Positions 21,841 to 31,951 of a DNA stretch of 44,237 nucleotides are shown here, piece by piece (the stretch's first letter is position 1; each line of letters begins with the position of its first letter). Under the pieces are notes generated by a model. The model saw only the letters and a program-made list of their open reading frames with translations. It was not told where the DNA came from and made no database searches. The stretch is from Stramenopiles sp. TOSAG23-2. Taxonomy: Eukaryota. The translations under genes and the position numbers were made by a program. The stretch lies in the NCBI GenBank assembly GCA_900128395.1, contig LT649293.1, positions 1 to 44,237 on the forward strand, given 5' to 3'.

Positions 21841-22045
21841 ATGATTCTATTTGTTTGCTGTTTTACCATGACGTATGGCATATGTTTGAATATTTTCTGT
21901 TGGCTATTTTAAATGGTCTTATTATCGAGTCTAGGACCTAGATTATTAGAGTGGTGATGCTAGAATTATTAATATTAAAAAATGTTGTTCAATATTTTCT
22001 TGTGTGTTTTGGTTTTTGGTTTTTTTTTTTTTAGAATAATTGAAA

Positions 22046-22340
22046 TAATAGAAGTTGTTTAGTGAATTTAGGCCCTGCTTTACTTATTGTTACAGTTTTA
22101 TACACTCTCATACGCTCACGCCTAAATAAGCCTTGTAGTTTATTTTCCCTTAACCAGATTCTAGTCATCTCTTAACCAGATTCTAGTCATCGTCGAAATC
22201 AAGTGGAAATCCCCTGTTATTCAGATAGGTAAAAAAGTATACAAAATGGTCGTGCTATTCCACCACAATTTAGGGCAAAATTGTGGTGGAATAGCATGAC
22301 CATTTTGTATACTTTTTTACCTATCTGAATTATTAAGGCA
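22046..22340. repeat. Dispersed hairpin element, copy 1 (two 21-mers + 53-bp stem, 6-nt loop)
   Basis: Homologous to 31342-31605. CTTAACCAGATTCTAGTCATC at 22149 and 22171. Inverted repeat 22219-22271 / 22278-22330 with one G.T pair and loop AGGGCA. Confidence 0.95.
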
Positions 22341-22854
22341 TACATGTATCTAGCTCTGTAAATAAAAGAATTACTAGGCAGTCCAACTTAAACTGCTTAA
22401 TAATAGTATTATCCGCAACTTTTGGTTTTTTTTGGTGCGCTTCTTATTCTTTTGTTGCTTTTATTTCAGTTCATTGCACCATTCAGAATTCAGAGTGGAA
22501 AATGGAAGCTGTGAAGCTGTGATGTTGTGGTGGTTAAGGTTTTTTTGAGACTTTGTAGAAGCTAAAATGGCATATAATAAATAAATCAGTTAAACAGTTG
22601 TTACATGTTACATGTACACATCTCTCTCTCTGATGTTTATTATAATAAAATGTATAGAGATTATAGAGATATACAGACGTTGTAAAGACAATCATCAAAT
22701 AGCAATAGTCGTCTATTCACTCGAATGGAAAACAAAATACAAAAAAAACCACAGGATCATATAATACATTTAAATATACATTGTGGAATCCCATTAAAAA
22801 AAAATTACAATACCATATTACTAGTATAATCATTACATATTACCATTAAAGTAA

Positions 22855-23884
22855 ATGCCATTTCCTAAACCCCCTTTTCATTCAGGACATCAAACGAATG
22901 AGGCATTATCACATGAAACAGTACGAAAGTATCATAGACATAATCCGCCAACTCCATTAGAAAAACATCGCATCAATCCACCAACACCACAATTTAATTC
23001 ATGGGGTTCAGATGTTCAATATACTACAAGAAAAAAAAGAGATAAGGTACCATGGTCAGAACAAGATGTAAAAAACGCTTGTTATCCAATGAATAAACAA
23101 GCCAGGCGTGTTTCGAATGATTTTAAAAAAGCCGTTGTGAAGCCAGGATATATTAGCGATTACAAAAAAAGCTTAGAACCACCACACTTTACGATGTCAC
23201 CACTTCGCTCTCATTACAGACGAACTGACTATGGAGCAAGAAGCTCAAATGAAACACAGGAGCAGTGAAGGTTATGCATATAATATCATTGATCCACAAC
23301 GAGTGGTACATGGTCAACGTTTGGAGGAGTTTGATACGACAGCCAATATAGGGTATCGGCGCGTTAAGAATCAATTGCCTCGGCAAGAGCGGCTTCACAA
23401 TGAAAAACTACAAAGAGCTCGTTTAGAGATTGAAAGACAATATAATAGAATAGCAAGAACGAAGCCACAAATTGATCGACATAAATTAGGATATAATTTA
23501 ATTACTAATGCTCGTAAACGAGGAAAAAGTCGCCAATCCATGGGATTTAGTCGAAGGGCACAACCTGTATGGGAAAGATTAGAGAAAAGCAATAAAGATA
23601 CAAACGTAGTTGAAAGATTTGGCGCATATGGTGGTTTAAAAAATCGTTTAGGAAAAGCAGCGCATTGCGTGATCCCCCCATATCAGGAAAAGCATCATCT
23701 TGATCGAATTTTTCCGAATCAAATAACAAGAAAAGAGACAATTAAAGAAATGTTCGGCAACGTACAAAAGCCACCAAGGTACAAAATAAATACAAATAAT
23801 AATAATGTTGGTTTATCTAAAACTACTGCTGGTAAATCATCCTTTGGCCGTGGTGGGAGTAACATCATTCGATCAACAATTTAA
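22855..23884 (+). CDS. Hypothetical basic protein, probably one gene with a frameshift (ORFs 22855-23268 and 23231-23884)
   Basis: Two overlapping same-strand ORFs of similar composition; the second frame is open from 23177. Confidence 0.6.
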
Positions 23885-24311
23885 AAATAATTTTTATTAA
23901 AAATTGTACAGGTAAAAATATGTTTGACAAAAAAGAACTTTTTTGTACATCTAAAATAATAAAATAATTTGCATCAACTTTTTTTATTATAGGGGTTTAT
24001 GAACGTACTCTATCAACTATACGTAATTACAACTACAAAACAACAAAACAAAAAGATATATTCGTTCACTCTGAGACGAGTAAAAAAAGCCAACTTAAAA
24101 CAAAAAAAAAACTATTATACTAGACTTTCTTCTTCTGAAGTAAAATCTGGCCAAGCTGTTGTGTGTTATAAACGAACAACTTATATACATAATTAGTCTA
24201 TAACATGACATTATGATAAGAAATAACACAAACAACAAAACAATTTCAACTGAATTTGCAATATCTTTAATTATACATCTACAAAGATATTTTGTTGTTT
24301 TGGTAGACACG

Positions 24312-24342
<31 letters not shown>

Positions 24343-24393
24343 AATATAGAGAAAAACACATATATATATAATATATATGTAACTATCCCGAAT

Positions 24394-27300
24394 ATGGCAT
24401 CTACTTCCTTTGCATTGCCTAATACTAATAAAATATTAGCAATTAGTAAAAGTGCAACTTTATCTTCCAATAACAATGATAATAATAGCAATAATAAAAC
24501 TAAAAACACACTTCAGATCTCATCACCAACTTCCTTTTTACCTTCTGTAGAGGATATGAAAGAAAAAACAATCCAAAATTTAAAAGCTGCCATAGAATTT
24601 AAAAACATGTTACATAGAATCCAACGAAGTGTTTTTGAGGCGTATACAAGAAAGTTTTTAGTTGAGTTTTTAGAAACTGATGATGGAAAACTGGCGATAA
24701 GACGCATTGATAAAGTTATAGTACCAATGTCAATTAAAGCTTCTAGTATGGCGGATGCACCTATTGTTGAAGATAGCAGTTTGAAACGTACATCCAAATT
24801 TCCATCATATATAAACAAAAGAGTAAACACAGCTAGGGAAAAGTTGGCATTAATGCATGAAAATCAATTGGAATCCTTACTAATGATACAAGCTGAAGCA
24901 AAAGCACAGTTACAAACTGGAACATCTATGGTTCAACTGTATACAATGTCAGAGACCGTATTGCATAAAGTTCGAGGAAATGTTGTTGGTGGTAGCGATC
25001 TTATGGATACAGCATTTTATGGTAGTAACAACAATAATAATAACGAAGGCCTTCGAGTCGATTTGAGCGATATAATTAGTGATGCCAGGAGGCAACAACA
25101 ACTGTTTCAGGAAAAACTTAAACGAGAGCTAGTACAAATGAATATATTGATTAGGTTGTCTGATGAACGACGGGAAAAATACCATAATTTCGACGCTGAC
25201 GAAGATAATTCAGCAAAACTATACCTTGGTGATAATTTAGCAAAAGATATTTTACCAGATGCAATAATTATAAAAAGCAAAAGTCGCAACATAGCTAATT
25301 TTGTTCATGATTGGCAATCAAATAATGACAATAAATTTAATCGTAGAAAGAAACGAAATAAATCAAATGAAAAGAAAACGTCGGATAGTAATGATCAGGT
25401 GGAAGAAAAAAATGATACCACTCTACAATTATCAAACAGTCCCAGTAATAACAACGATTCTACAACCAAGAATAATGATGGAAGAAGAAGAAGGAAGAAG
25501 AAGAAACGTCATTCAATGATTTTAGTTTCTTTAAAGGATGAAGTGAAAGTCGATTACAGCTCCACAAAAAAGGAACATAAAAAAAAATATAAAAATAGTA
25601 GAAGTGCATTTAAAGAAACTTTAAGTGGATCTGCATATAACGACGAGGCAGATACTAGCGAAACAGTTGAAGAAGAGAAAATAGCTCTTGAATTGAAAAT
25701 CGAATACTTAAACAGCGTGTTATTATCGTTAAATAGAACACGCACAACGGATAAAAAAGAATTAGAAGAGGTAAAGCGAGCGTTGTCAAAATGGGATGGT
25801 ATATCAACAATGAACTTACCGCAAAGTGTTGTGTCCATGATCGAAAAGGACGAGAAACATAAAACAATGATCAAACAGAAAAAGTTTGGATCACTAAGAA
25901 AGCTAAAAAAAGGTGACGACAAGAAGCCGAAAAATGATGATGTGAGAAAAAGCAAATCGAGCAAGCACAAGGAGCATCGTGTTAGCAAAGGATATACACT
26001 AAGCTCGAATCATAATCATACTGTACATAAACATAGAAAAATGCTCACTCCATCAAAAGTAATTAAAATAGCAAAACGTGAAATGGTCACCAAAAATGTT
26101 GCTGCTACTATTATACAAAAGCAATTTAGAGGAATCATAGCTCGTAATTATATTAGGCTCGTTCGTGCTAGAATTCAAGATGCAACGTTGCAACGCGAGA
26201 TTCATGGAATACAATTACGCTCAGTATTAAAAGTTGTTTCTAAAATGCGATTGTTTATCAAACGGCGAAGGGCAGAAAAACAGAAAAAAATAAAACATAT
26301 TTCGAACCTTGTAGTGGCAAAAGCGAAAGTAAGAAAGCATCGTGTAATTACACAAAAGAAACTATTGCAAGACATTTCCAATGGGGCGGCAGAAAAAGCC
26401 AGAGAAATGAGGCAAGCCAAGCACTTCTTGAGAAATACAGATGATAATAATCATATTGAAACAGCTATTAAACAAAGAAGGCAAAGTATAGCATTAATTA
26501 AGAAATCAGCTGCTTTAGTTGCAAAACGTGCTGTTGAAATAACAGAACTAAAAGGAAGTAAAAAATCAATCTTTATGGATGCCGCGCTTGGAGGTAAAAA
26601 GCGTGAAGTAAGATTGAAAGAGGTAGCCGAGAAACAATACTTAGATACTCACAAATTAATGTTAAAAAATGCTGCCGACCATGCCAAATGGAAGAAAAAG
26701 GAAGCTGATATCGCGGAAAAGCTTAGCCGTTTACGTAGTAACTTAAATTCTAATTCATCAAGAAAGTCACGACGTGGAAGTTGGATGCCAAATACTGCCC
26801 CGCAAGCTGCGAGTCTAAAAGACAATAATGATACAACGTTAACCAAAGGCACTCGGGTTGAAGTGTCCTTGCCATGTCCAGGAAGAAGTGCAGATGATGT
26901 TTTGACTGGATTCATCATCCAAGATGACAACGGCGATCCTTCGATAGTGACGTATGGAACCGTTGCTGAATTAAAAATTAAATTTGATGATGGACTGACT
27001 TCAAGCGTACCGAAAGATCTCGTACGAGCATCAACAGCTCCGTTGCCTTATCTAGTCCAAACCCGTAGGAAAGCACCATCAATAGCAGCACCGTTACCAC
27101 CATCAGCAGTGCACCCAAAAGAATACCTTTTATTAAAAGCTGCGATTGAAAGAATTTGGAATAAATATGATATTGACAATTCAAACTCAATTGATACAAA
27201 AGAAGCACAACAAATGATGATTGATGTCACAGGACATAAAAACGTATCAGAAAATCACGTAAAAACTTTCATCGCTCATGTTGAAAACAAGGCATATAAA

Positions 27301-30009
27301 GCAACTGGTCAAAAACCAAATGGAACATTGGAAAAGAATGAATTATTAAACTTTTTAGAACACGGTATTCATGGTAATGGTATTCATATGGATGAAGAGC
27401 AACAAGAAATATATGCAAAAAGAGGAGCATTCGAAAAAACACTAGTTGATTTTTTCGATGGATGTGAAGAATTAATATATGAAATAATGGATGAGCATAG
27501 GGACTTGTTGATAAAATATATTGATTCAATATGGCATAAGTACGATGTAGATAATAGTAATAGTATAAGTCTGACAGAAGTAAAACAATTAATATTAGAT
27601 ATCAGTGGCCATGATCACGTATCAGATGATGAATGTCTAGATTTCATAAAATATATTGAAAGTCAATCATCTGATAATGGTGACTATAATGGTGCTATAG
27701 AAAAAGAAGAATTATTATCATTTTTGGAAGTTACTACTTCAATGAGTGAAGATGAGCGTAAAATTTTTGGAAGTCGAAGTAAATTCCATGCAACATTAGC
27801 TGACTTTATTAATGGCGTAGATAAAGCAAGACATGGATTTAGGGACTTGTTGATAAAATATATTGATTCAATATGGCATAAGTACGATGTAGATAATAGT
27901 AATAGTATAGGTCTGACAGAAGTAAAACAATTAATATTAGATATCAGTGGCCATGATCACGTATCAGATGATGAATGTCTAGATTTCATAAAATATATTG
28001 AAAGTCAATCATCTGATAATGGTGACTATAATGGTACTATAGAAAAAGAAGAATTATTATCATTTTTGGAAGTTACTACTTCAATGAGTGAAGATGAGCG
28101 TAAAATTTTTGGAAGTCGAAGTAAATTCCATGCAACATTAGCTGACTTTATTAATGGCGTAGATAAAGCAAGACATGGATTTAGTAATAATAGTGATGCC
28201 GAAGAGGCAAAACAAATGACAATGGATATAACTGGTCATCCACCATCAATAGCAGCACCGTTGCAACTAACACAAAAATCGGAACCATCAATAGCAGATC
28301 CACCATCAATAGCAGCACCGTTGCAACTAACACAAAAATCGGAACCAGAAAAGAAAAAATCATGGACGAAAAAATCAAAAGGGACGCTGTCTAAAATTAG
28401 AAGCGCCATTAGAAAGTCTAAAAAGATTACAGGCAAAATCGATCCAAACGATACCAACATTGTTGAAAAAATATTTCGATCAAGCTTTGCATCCAAACCA
28501 AAACAAGCAATCGATTATAAAAACAGGTCTATTTCACCATTTAGTAAGCATCTAACAGAAGATGAGCTGAAAGAGAGAGAAGAATCCGACAGAAATTCCT
28601 TTATCGATCGTATATGGAGCAAATACGACGGAGATGGGAATGGAGACTTAGATGCTAGCGAAATGAAACGTTTAATTGATCGTTTTACTGGGGAAAAAGT
28701 AAGTGTCATAAATGTGGAAAAGTTCTTAAAGGAAATTGATCAAGATGGAGATGCGTTGATACAACAAGAGGAATTAAGGGACTTTGTCAGTTTTGGGTTG
28801 ACGTTATCAAAGCAAGATAGGGAGAACTATGCGGCAAGGGGGCCCCTACAAAAAATCATTGTAAAATTTTTCTATGGTTTAGATGGCGCAGCACGAATAC
28901 ATGCAAAAGAACAAAGAGCAATTGAACGCCAAAAAATCCAAGAGGCGGGGCTGATGGCACAAAAAGAAGAGAGACTTAGACAAAAGCGTTTGGTGGAGAT
29001 TCGTCGTAAAAAGGAAGCGGAAAAAAAGGAGGCATCAAAGGAGAAAAAATCAATATTTCGTAGACTTGGTCGTGGTGTTTCATTGATGAAACACAAAGTT
29101 ACCGAGGATGAAATACCATTAAGCGAGAAGGATGAGCTAGAGCGAACGGAATTTATAAATTTTGTATGGAAAGAATATGATAAGGATGGAAGTGGTCAAA
29201 TAGACGCGAATGAGACAAAACAATTGCTACAAGATTTTACTGGACATGAAGTCAGTTTTGAAGATGTAAATGATTTTCTATCAAGTATAGATGCAGATGG
29301 AGATGCACTAATTCAAAAGGGCGAATTGATAGATTTTATAAACGCGGGCATGGATTTAACTGAAAGCGAAAGAACAGATTATGCCACTCGTGGTTCATTG
29401 CATTCGACAATTGTAGAGTTTTTCTACGGTGTTGATACCCAACGCAAGCAATTTATGGAACAAAAAAGAACAGCTATGAAAGCAGCAGAGGCGGACATGG
29501 ACAAAATCTTGGAAGATAGACGAAAACGTTACAGGGAAGCAAGTGCTAGAAGTAAATCACCTGCAGCAATGAGAAAAAGAATGGATAGCAGGACGCCATC
29601 TCCTAAAACGAAGGGAAAGGGAGGAACTGCAGATGTAGGAGACTATGTTCAGATCATTTTGCCTTTCTTGAAATTCGAAGTCAACGATAAATTGGTTGGA
29701 ATTGTTCTTGAGATACAAAGCCATGGCGCTAGGACAGTAAGAATAGATACAGCTGGGTTGACTGGAGAAATTCAAAGCAACGAATATACAGTACCATCCG
29801 AAAAATTACAAGTAATTACTGAAGATGAGTATGACGATGAGATTTTATTGTTGCCATATATTCCAAAACAATCACGTCTTAATCGTAGTTCTTCTCGTAT
29901 TGATTTTGGAATCCAAAAACAAAAAACTATTGTAGGTAGTCCCCCCGAAGAATCAAAAAAGAAAAAACAGAATTCAAAATTTCGCTCAACTCGCCATCGA
30001 AATGTTTAA
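24394..30009 (+). CDS. 1871-aa IQ-motif and multi-EF-hand protein
   Basis: IQ motif AATIIQKQFRGIIARNY. EF loops DIDNSNSIDTKE, DVDNSNSISLTE, DGDGNGDLDASE, DQDGDALIQQEE, DKDGSGQIDANE and DADGDALIQKGE in five ~100-aa modules. Confidence 0.9.
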   Translation: MASTSFALPNTNKILAISKSATLSSNNNDNNSNNKTKNTLQISSPTSFLPSVEDMKEKTIQNLKAAIEFKNMLHRIQRSVFEAYTRKFLVEFLETDDGKLAIRRIDKVIVPMSIKASSMADAPIVEDSSLKRTSKFPSYINKRVNTAREKLALMHENQLESLLMIQAEAKAQLQTGTSMVQLYTMSETVLHKVRGNVVGGSDLMDTAFYGSNNNNNNEGLRVDLSDIISDARRQQQLFQEKLKRELVQMNILIRLSDERREKYHNFDADEDNSAKLYLGDNLAKDILPDAIIIKSKSRNIANFVHDWQSNNDNKFNRRKKRNKSNEKKTSDSNDQVEEKNDTTLQLSNSPSNNNDSTTKNNDGRRRRKKKKRHSMILVSLKDEVKVDYSSTKKEHKKKYKNSRSAFKETLSGSAYNDEADTSETVEEEKIALELKIEYLNSVLLSLNRTRTTDKKELEEVKRALSKWDGISTMNLPQSVVSMIEKDEKHKTMIKQKKFGSLRKLKKGDDKKPKNDDVRKSKSSKHKEHRVSKGYTLSSNHNHTVHKHRKMLTPSKVIKIAKREMVTKNVAATIIQKQFRGIIARNYIRLVRARIQDATLQREIHGIQLRSVLKVVSKMRLFIKRRRAEKQKKIKHISNLVVAKAKVRKHRVITQKKLLQDISNGAAEKAREMRQAKHFLRNTDDNNHIETAIKQRRQSIALIKKSAALVAKRAVEITELKGSKKSIFMDAALGGKKREVRLKEVAEKQYLDTHKLMLKNAADHAKWKKKEADIAEKLSRLRSNLNSNSSRKSRRGSWMPNTAPQAASLKDNNDTTLTKGTRVEVSLPCPGRSADDVLTGFIIQDDNGDPSIVTYGTVAELKIKFDDGLTSSVPKDLVRASTAPLPYLVQTRRKAPSIAAPLPPSAVHPKEYLLLKAAIERIWNKYDIDNSNSIDTKEAQQMMIDVTGHKNVSENHVKTFIAHVENKAYKATGQKPNGTLEKNELLNFLEHGIHGNGIHMDEEQQEIYAKRGAFEKTLVDFFDGCEELIYEIMDEHRDLLIKYIDSIWHKYDVDNSNSISLTEVKQLILDISGHDHVSDDECLDFIKYIESQSSDNGDYNGAIEKEELLSFLEVTTSMSEDERKIFGSRSKFHATLADFINGVDKARHGFRDLLIKYIDSIWHKYDVDNSNSIGLTEVKQLILDISGHDHVSDDECLDFIKYIESQSSDNGDYNGTIEKEELLSFLEVTTSMSEDERKIFGSRSKFHATLADFINGVDKARHGFSNNSDAEEAKQMTMDITGHPPSIAAPLQLTQKSEPSIADPPSIAAPLQLTQKSEPEKKKSWTKKSKGTLSKIRSAIRKSKKITGKIDPNDTNIVEKIFRSSFASKPKQAIDYKNRSISPFSKHLTEDELKEREESDRNSFIDRIWSKYDGDGNGDLDASEMKRLIDRFTGEKVSVINVEKFLKEIDQDGDALIQQEELRDFVSFGLTLSKQDRENYAARGPLQKIIVKFFYGLDGAARIHAKEQRAIERQKIQEAGLMAQKEERLRQKRLVEIRRKKEAEKKEASKEKKSIFRRLGRGVSLMKHKVTEDEIPLSEKDELERTEFINFVWKEYDKDGSGQIDANETKQLLQDFTGHEVSFEDVNDFLSSIDADGDALIQKGELIDFINAGMDLTESERTDYATRGSLHSTIVEFFYGVDTQRKQFMEQKRTAMKAAEADMDKILEDRRKRYREASARSKSPAAMRKRMDSRTPSPKTKGKGGTADVGDYVQIILPFLKFEVNDKLVGIVLEIQSHGARTVRIDTAGLTGEIQSNEYTVPSEKLQVITEDEYDDEILLLPYIPKQSRLNRSSSRIDFGIQKQKTIVGSPPEESKKKKQNSKFRSTRHRNV
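27498..28184 (+). repeat. In-frame tandem duplication, 2 x 342 bp (one EF-hand module)
   Basis: Units start at 27498 and 27840; two substitutions (S/G and A/T in the protein). Confidence 0.95.
28238..28347 (+). repeat. In-frame repeat with 60-bp period (PPSIAAPLQLTQKSEP)
   Basis: Units at 28238 and 28298; the core CACCATCAATAGCAGCACCGTT also occurs at 27074. Confidence 0.9.
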
Positions 30010-30359
30010 AAGAAATATGATATATATCTTGACCTATTTAGTAGAGTGCAGACCTGCATTAAGAGCTTTACTATACGAACGTATTTAAGTAACAGGAATA
30101 ACTTATACGAACGTTCGTATATTTTTGAGATAGAGGTTAATTAAACAAGCATTAAAATTTATTTTTTTTAACTACACTGGGAAGTAAAATTATTACGCGA
30201 TGTACTAGAAACTTTTTTAGATTTTAGACCACATATTTTTCATTTTTGTACGAAGTCGTACACATATTATATTTTTTATTTTATCATATAATCTTTTCAT
30301 ATTTTTTAAATATTACCAGTATTATCTCTAGCTTCTCATTCGCCGACGCGCGCAATTAT

Positions 30360-31130
30360 TCATTTTAAACTCCTTCTTATATTTACGTCATATAATCTTC
30401 TTTCATCATCAGAAGTAGCTTTTTTAATTTCTTCTTCAGTAGGTGGTTTAGCTTCATCAGGCACAGCAAAGGAATCTTGTGATGGATTTAGTGTTGAATA
30501 GATAATAATGCCTACAATACCTAGAACTACTAATAATAGCAAAATGACAGTCGCCCGATCTTGCATCATCCTTCTTCGATAGACATATAATATTTTACCA
30601 GCACGACGAATATCTGATTGCAAACCACTAGCTTTTTTATTTATTCGTTGCAACTGTTCTGTCTGATCTTCCAGTTGTCCAGATATAACTTCCCCAACTT
30701 TCACAGCTTCATTTACTTTGTTTAAGCCTTGCTTTAACAAGTCTTTATCTTGATTTTGGACCTTGAGCATGTGATTTGCAATTTGTTCATCAGTCACTGG
30801 TTTTTGATTTGACTCTTTTCCTAACAAGTCTTCTTTCTCTACGTGTGTCTTCGCCCATTTAAAGTCATCTTTCAATTTTTTAATATCAGCTTTGAATTCA
30901 GTTTGCCTTTTTCGAGCATCTGTTTTTTCCGTGGCATTTCCAATATTTAATAATTCTGTCCTGTATGACCGTTGCAAGCTTTTCAATCGACTGAACAACT
31001 TTTCAATATTTTCCAAACTATCTAGCTTATCTTGTTTACTTGTTTTTTCATTTTTGCATTTTGCCAGCAAATTTTTGACATTTGTGATAGCTGTAGTAAT
31101 CATATCATCCCAATGCGTTATGTCCGTCAT
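30360..31130 (-). CDS. NPSN/Vti1-like Qb-SNARE with C-terminal transmembrane helix
   Basis: Helical N-terminal domain, SNARE motif LEDQTEQLQRI, then RRMMQDR, TM segment VILLLLVVLGIVGIIIY and LNP, as in NPSN-type SNAREs. Confidence 0.8.
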   Translation of the reverse strand: MTDITHWDDMITTAITNVKNLLAKCKNEKTSKQDKLDSLENIEKLFSRLKSLQRSYRTELLNIGNATEKTDARKRQTEFKADIKKLKDDFKWAKTHVEKEDLLGKESNQKPVTDEQIANHMLKVQNQDKDLLKQGLNKVNEAVKVGEVISGQLEDQTEQLQRINKKASGLQSDIRRAGKILYVYRRRMMQDRATVILLLLVVLGIVGIIIYSTLNPSQDSFAVPDEAKPPTEEEIKKATSDDERRLYDVNIRRSLK

Positions 31131-31341
31131 GTTGTAGAGGATATAAAGATGGTATATGCTTTATAAATATGTCAATATATCTATATCTATTTATCTATCT
31201 TTTGATATGCAATATAGCTATAGTACATGTATGTACATGTATATGATGTTTGGAAATGTGTGTGTTTTGTGTGCTTACATTTATTCAATATTCATCATAG
31301 TACCTGTAATATGCACATATAATATTTTTTTTTTTTTTTTT

Positions 31342-31605
31342 TAATAGAAGTTTACTTATTGTTACAGTTTTATACACTCTCATACGCTCACGCCTATGTA
31401 AGCCTTGTAGTTTATTTTCCCTTAACCAGATTCTAGTCATCGTCTTAACCAGATTCTAGTCATCGTCGAAATCCCCTGTTATTCAGATAGGTAAGGAAAG
31501 TATACAAAATGGTCGTGCTATTCCACCATAATTTAGGGCAAAATTATGGTGGAATAGCACGACCATTTTGTATACTTTCACTACCTATCTGAATTCATTA
31601 AGGCA
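31342..31605. repeat. Dispersed hairpin element, copy 2 (two 21-mers + 54-bp stem, 6-nt loop)
   Basis: 21-mers at 31421 and 31444. Inverted repeat 31481-31534 / 31541-31594 with a 2x2 mismatch and loop AGGGCA. Confidence 0.95.
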
Positions 31606-31722
31606 CATAATATTTGTTTTTATGTACAATGGTATGTCTATGTTGTATGCTGGTATGCCAGTATGCCTCTATATTATAATACCGAACTGGTATTAGTATT
31701 ATATAGAATATGATGACCCCCC

Positions 31723-31916
31723 TCGAACACGCACATCGCATTGGTTTTGGGTATATATATAATTGAAATAATTAAAACAAAAGAAGAACAGCTAAGCACA
31801 AAACAAAAACCAAAATAATCGAACACGCACATCGCATTGGTTTTGGGTATATATATAATTGAAATAATTAAAACAAAAGAAGAACAGCTAAGCACAAAAC
31901 AAAAACCAAAATAATC
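31723..31916 (+). repeat. Tandem duplication, 2 x 96 bp, upstream of the SNARE paralogue
   Basis: Units start at 31723 and 31819. Confidence 0.95.
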
Positions 31917-31951
31917 AAAAACAAAAACAAAAAAAACATGACAATATAGCA

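Noticed and set aside
22149-22194. CRISPR-like array from the tandem 21-mers
   Set aside because: Only two units, no spacers, no cas genes, and a eukaryotic context.
22217-22332. Hairpin alone as a Tourist/Harbinger MITE with a TTA target duplication
   Set aside because: TTA flanks fit copy 1 only, the termini are atypical, and about 140 bp of flank is shared by both copies, so the hairpin did not move independently.
23999-24509. Short ORFs between the two tandem plus-strand genes
   Set aside because: Low-complexity, (TA)n-derived or antisense frames with no protein-like features.
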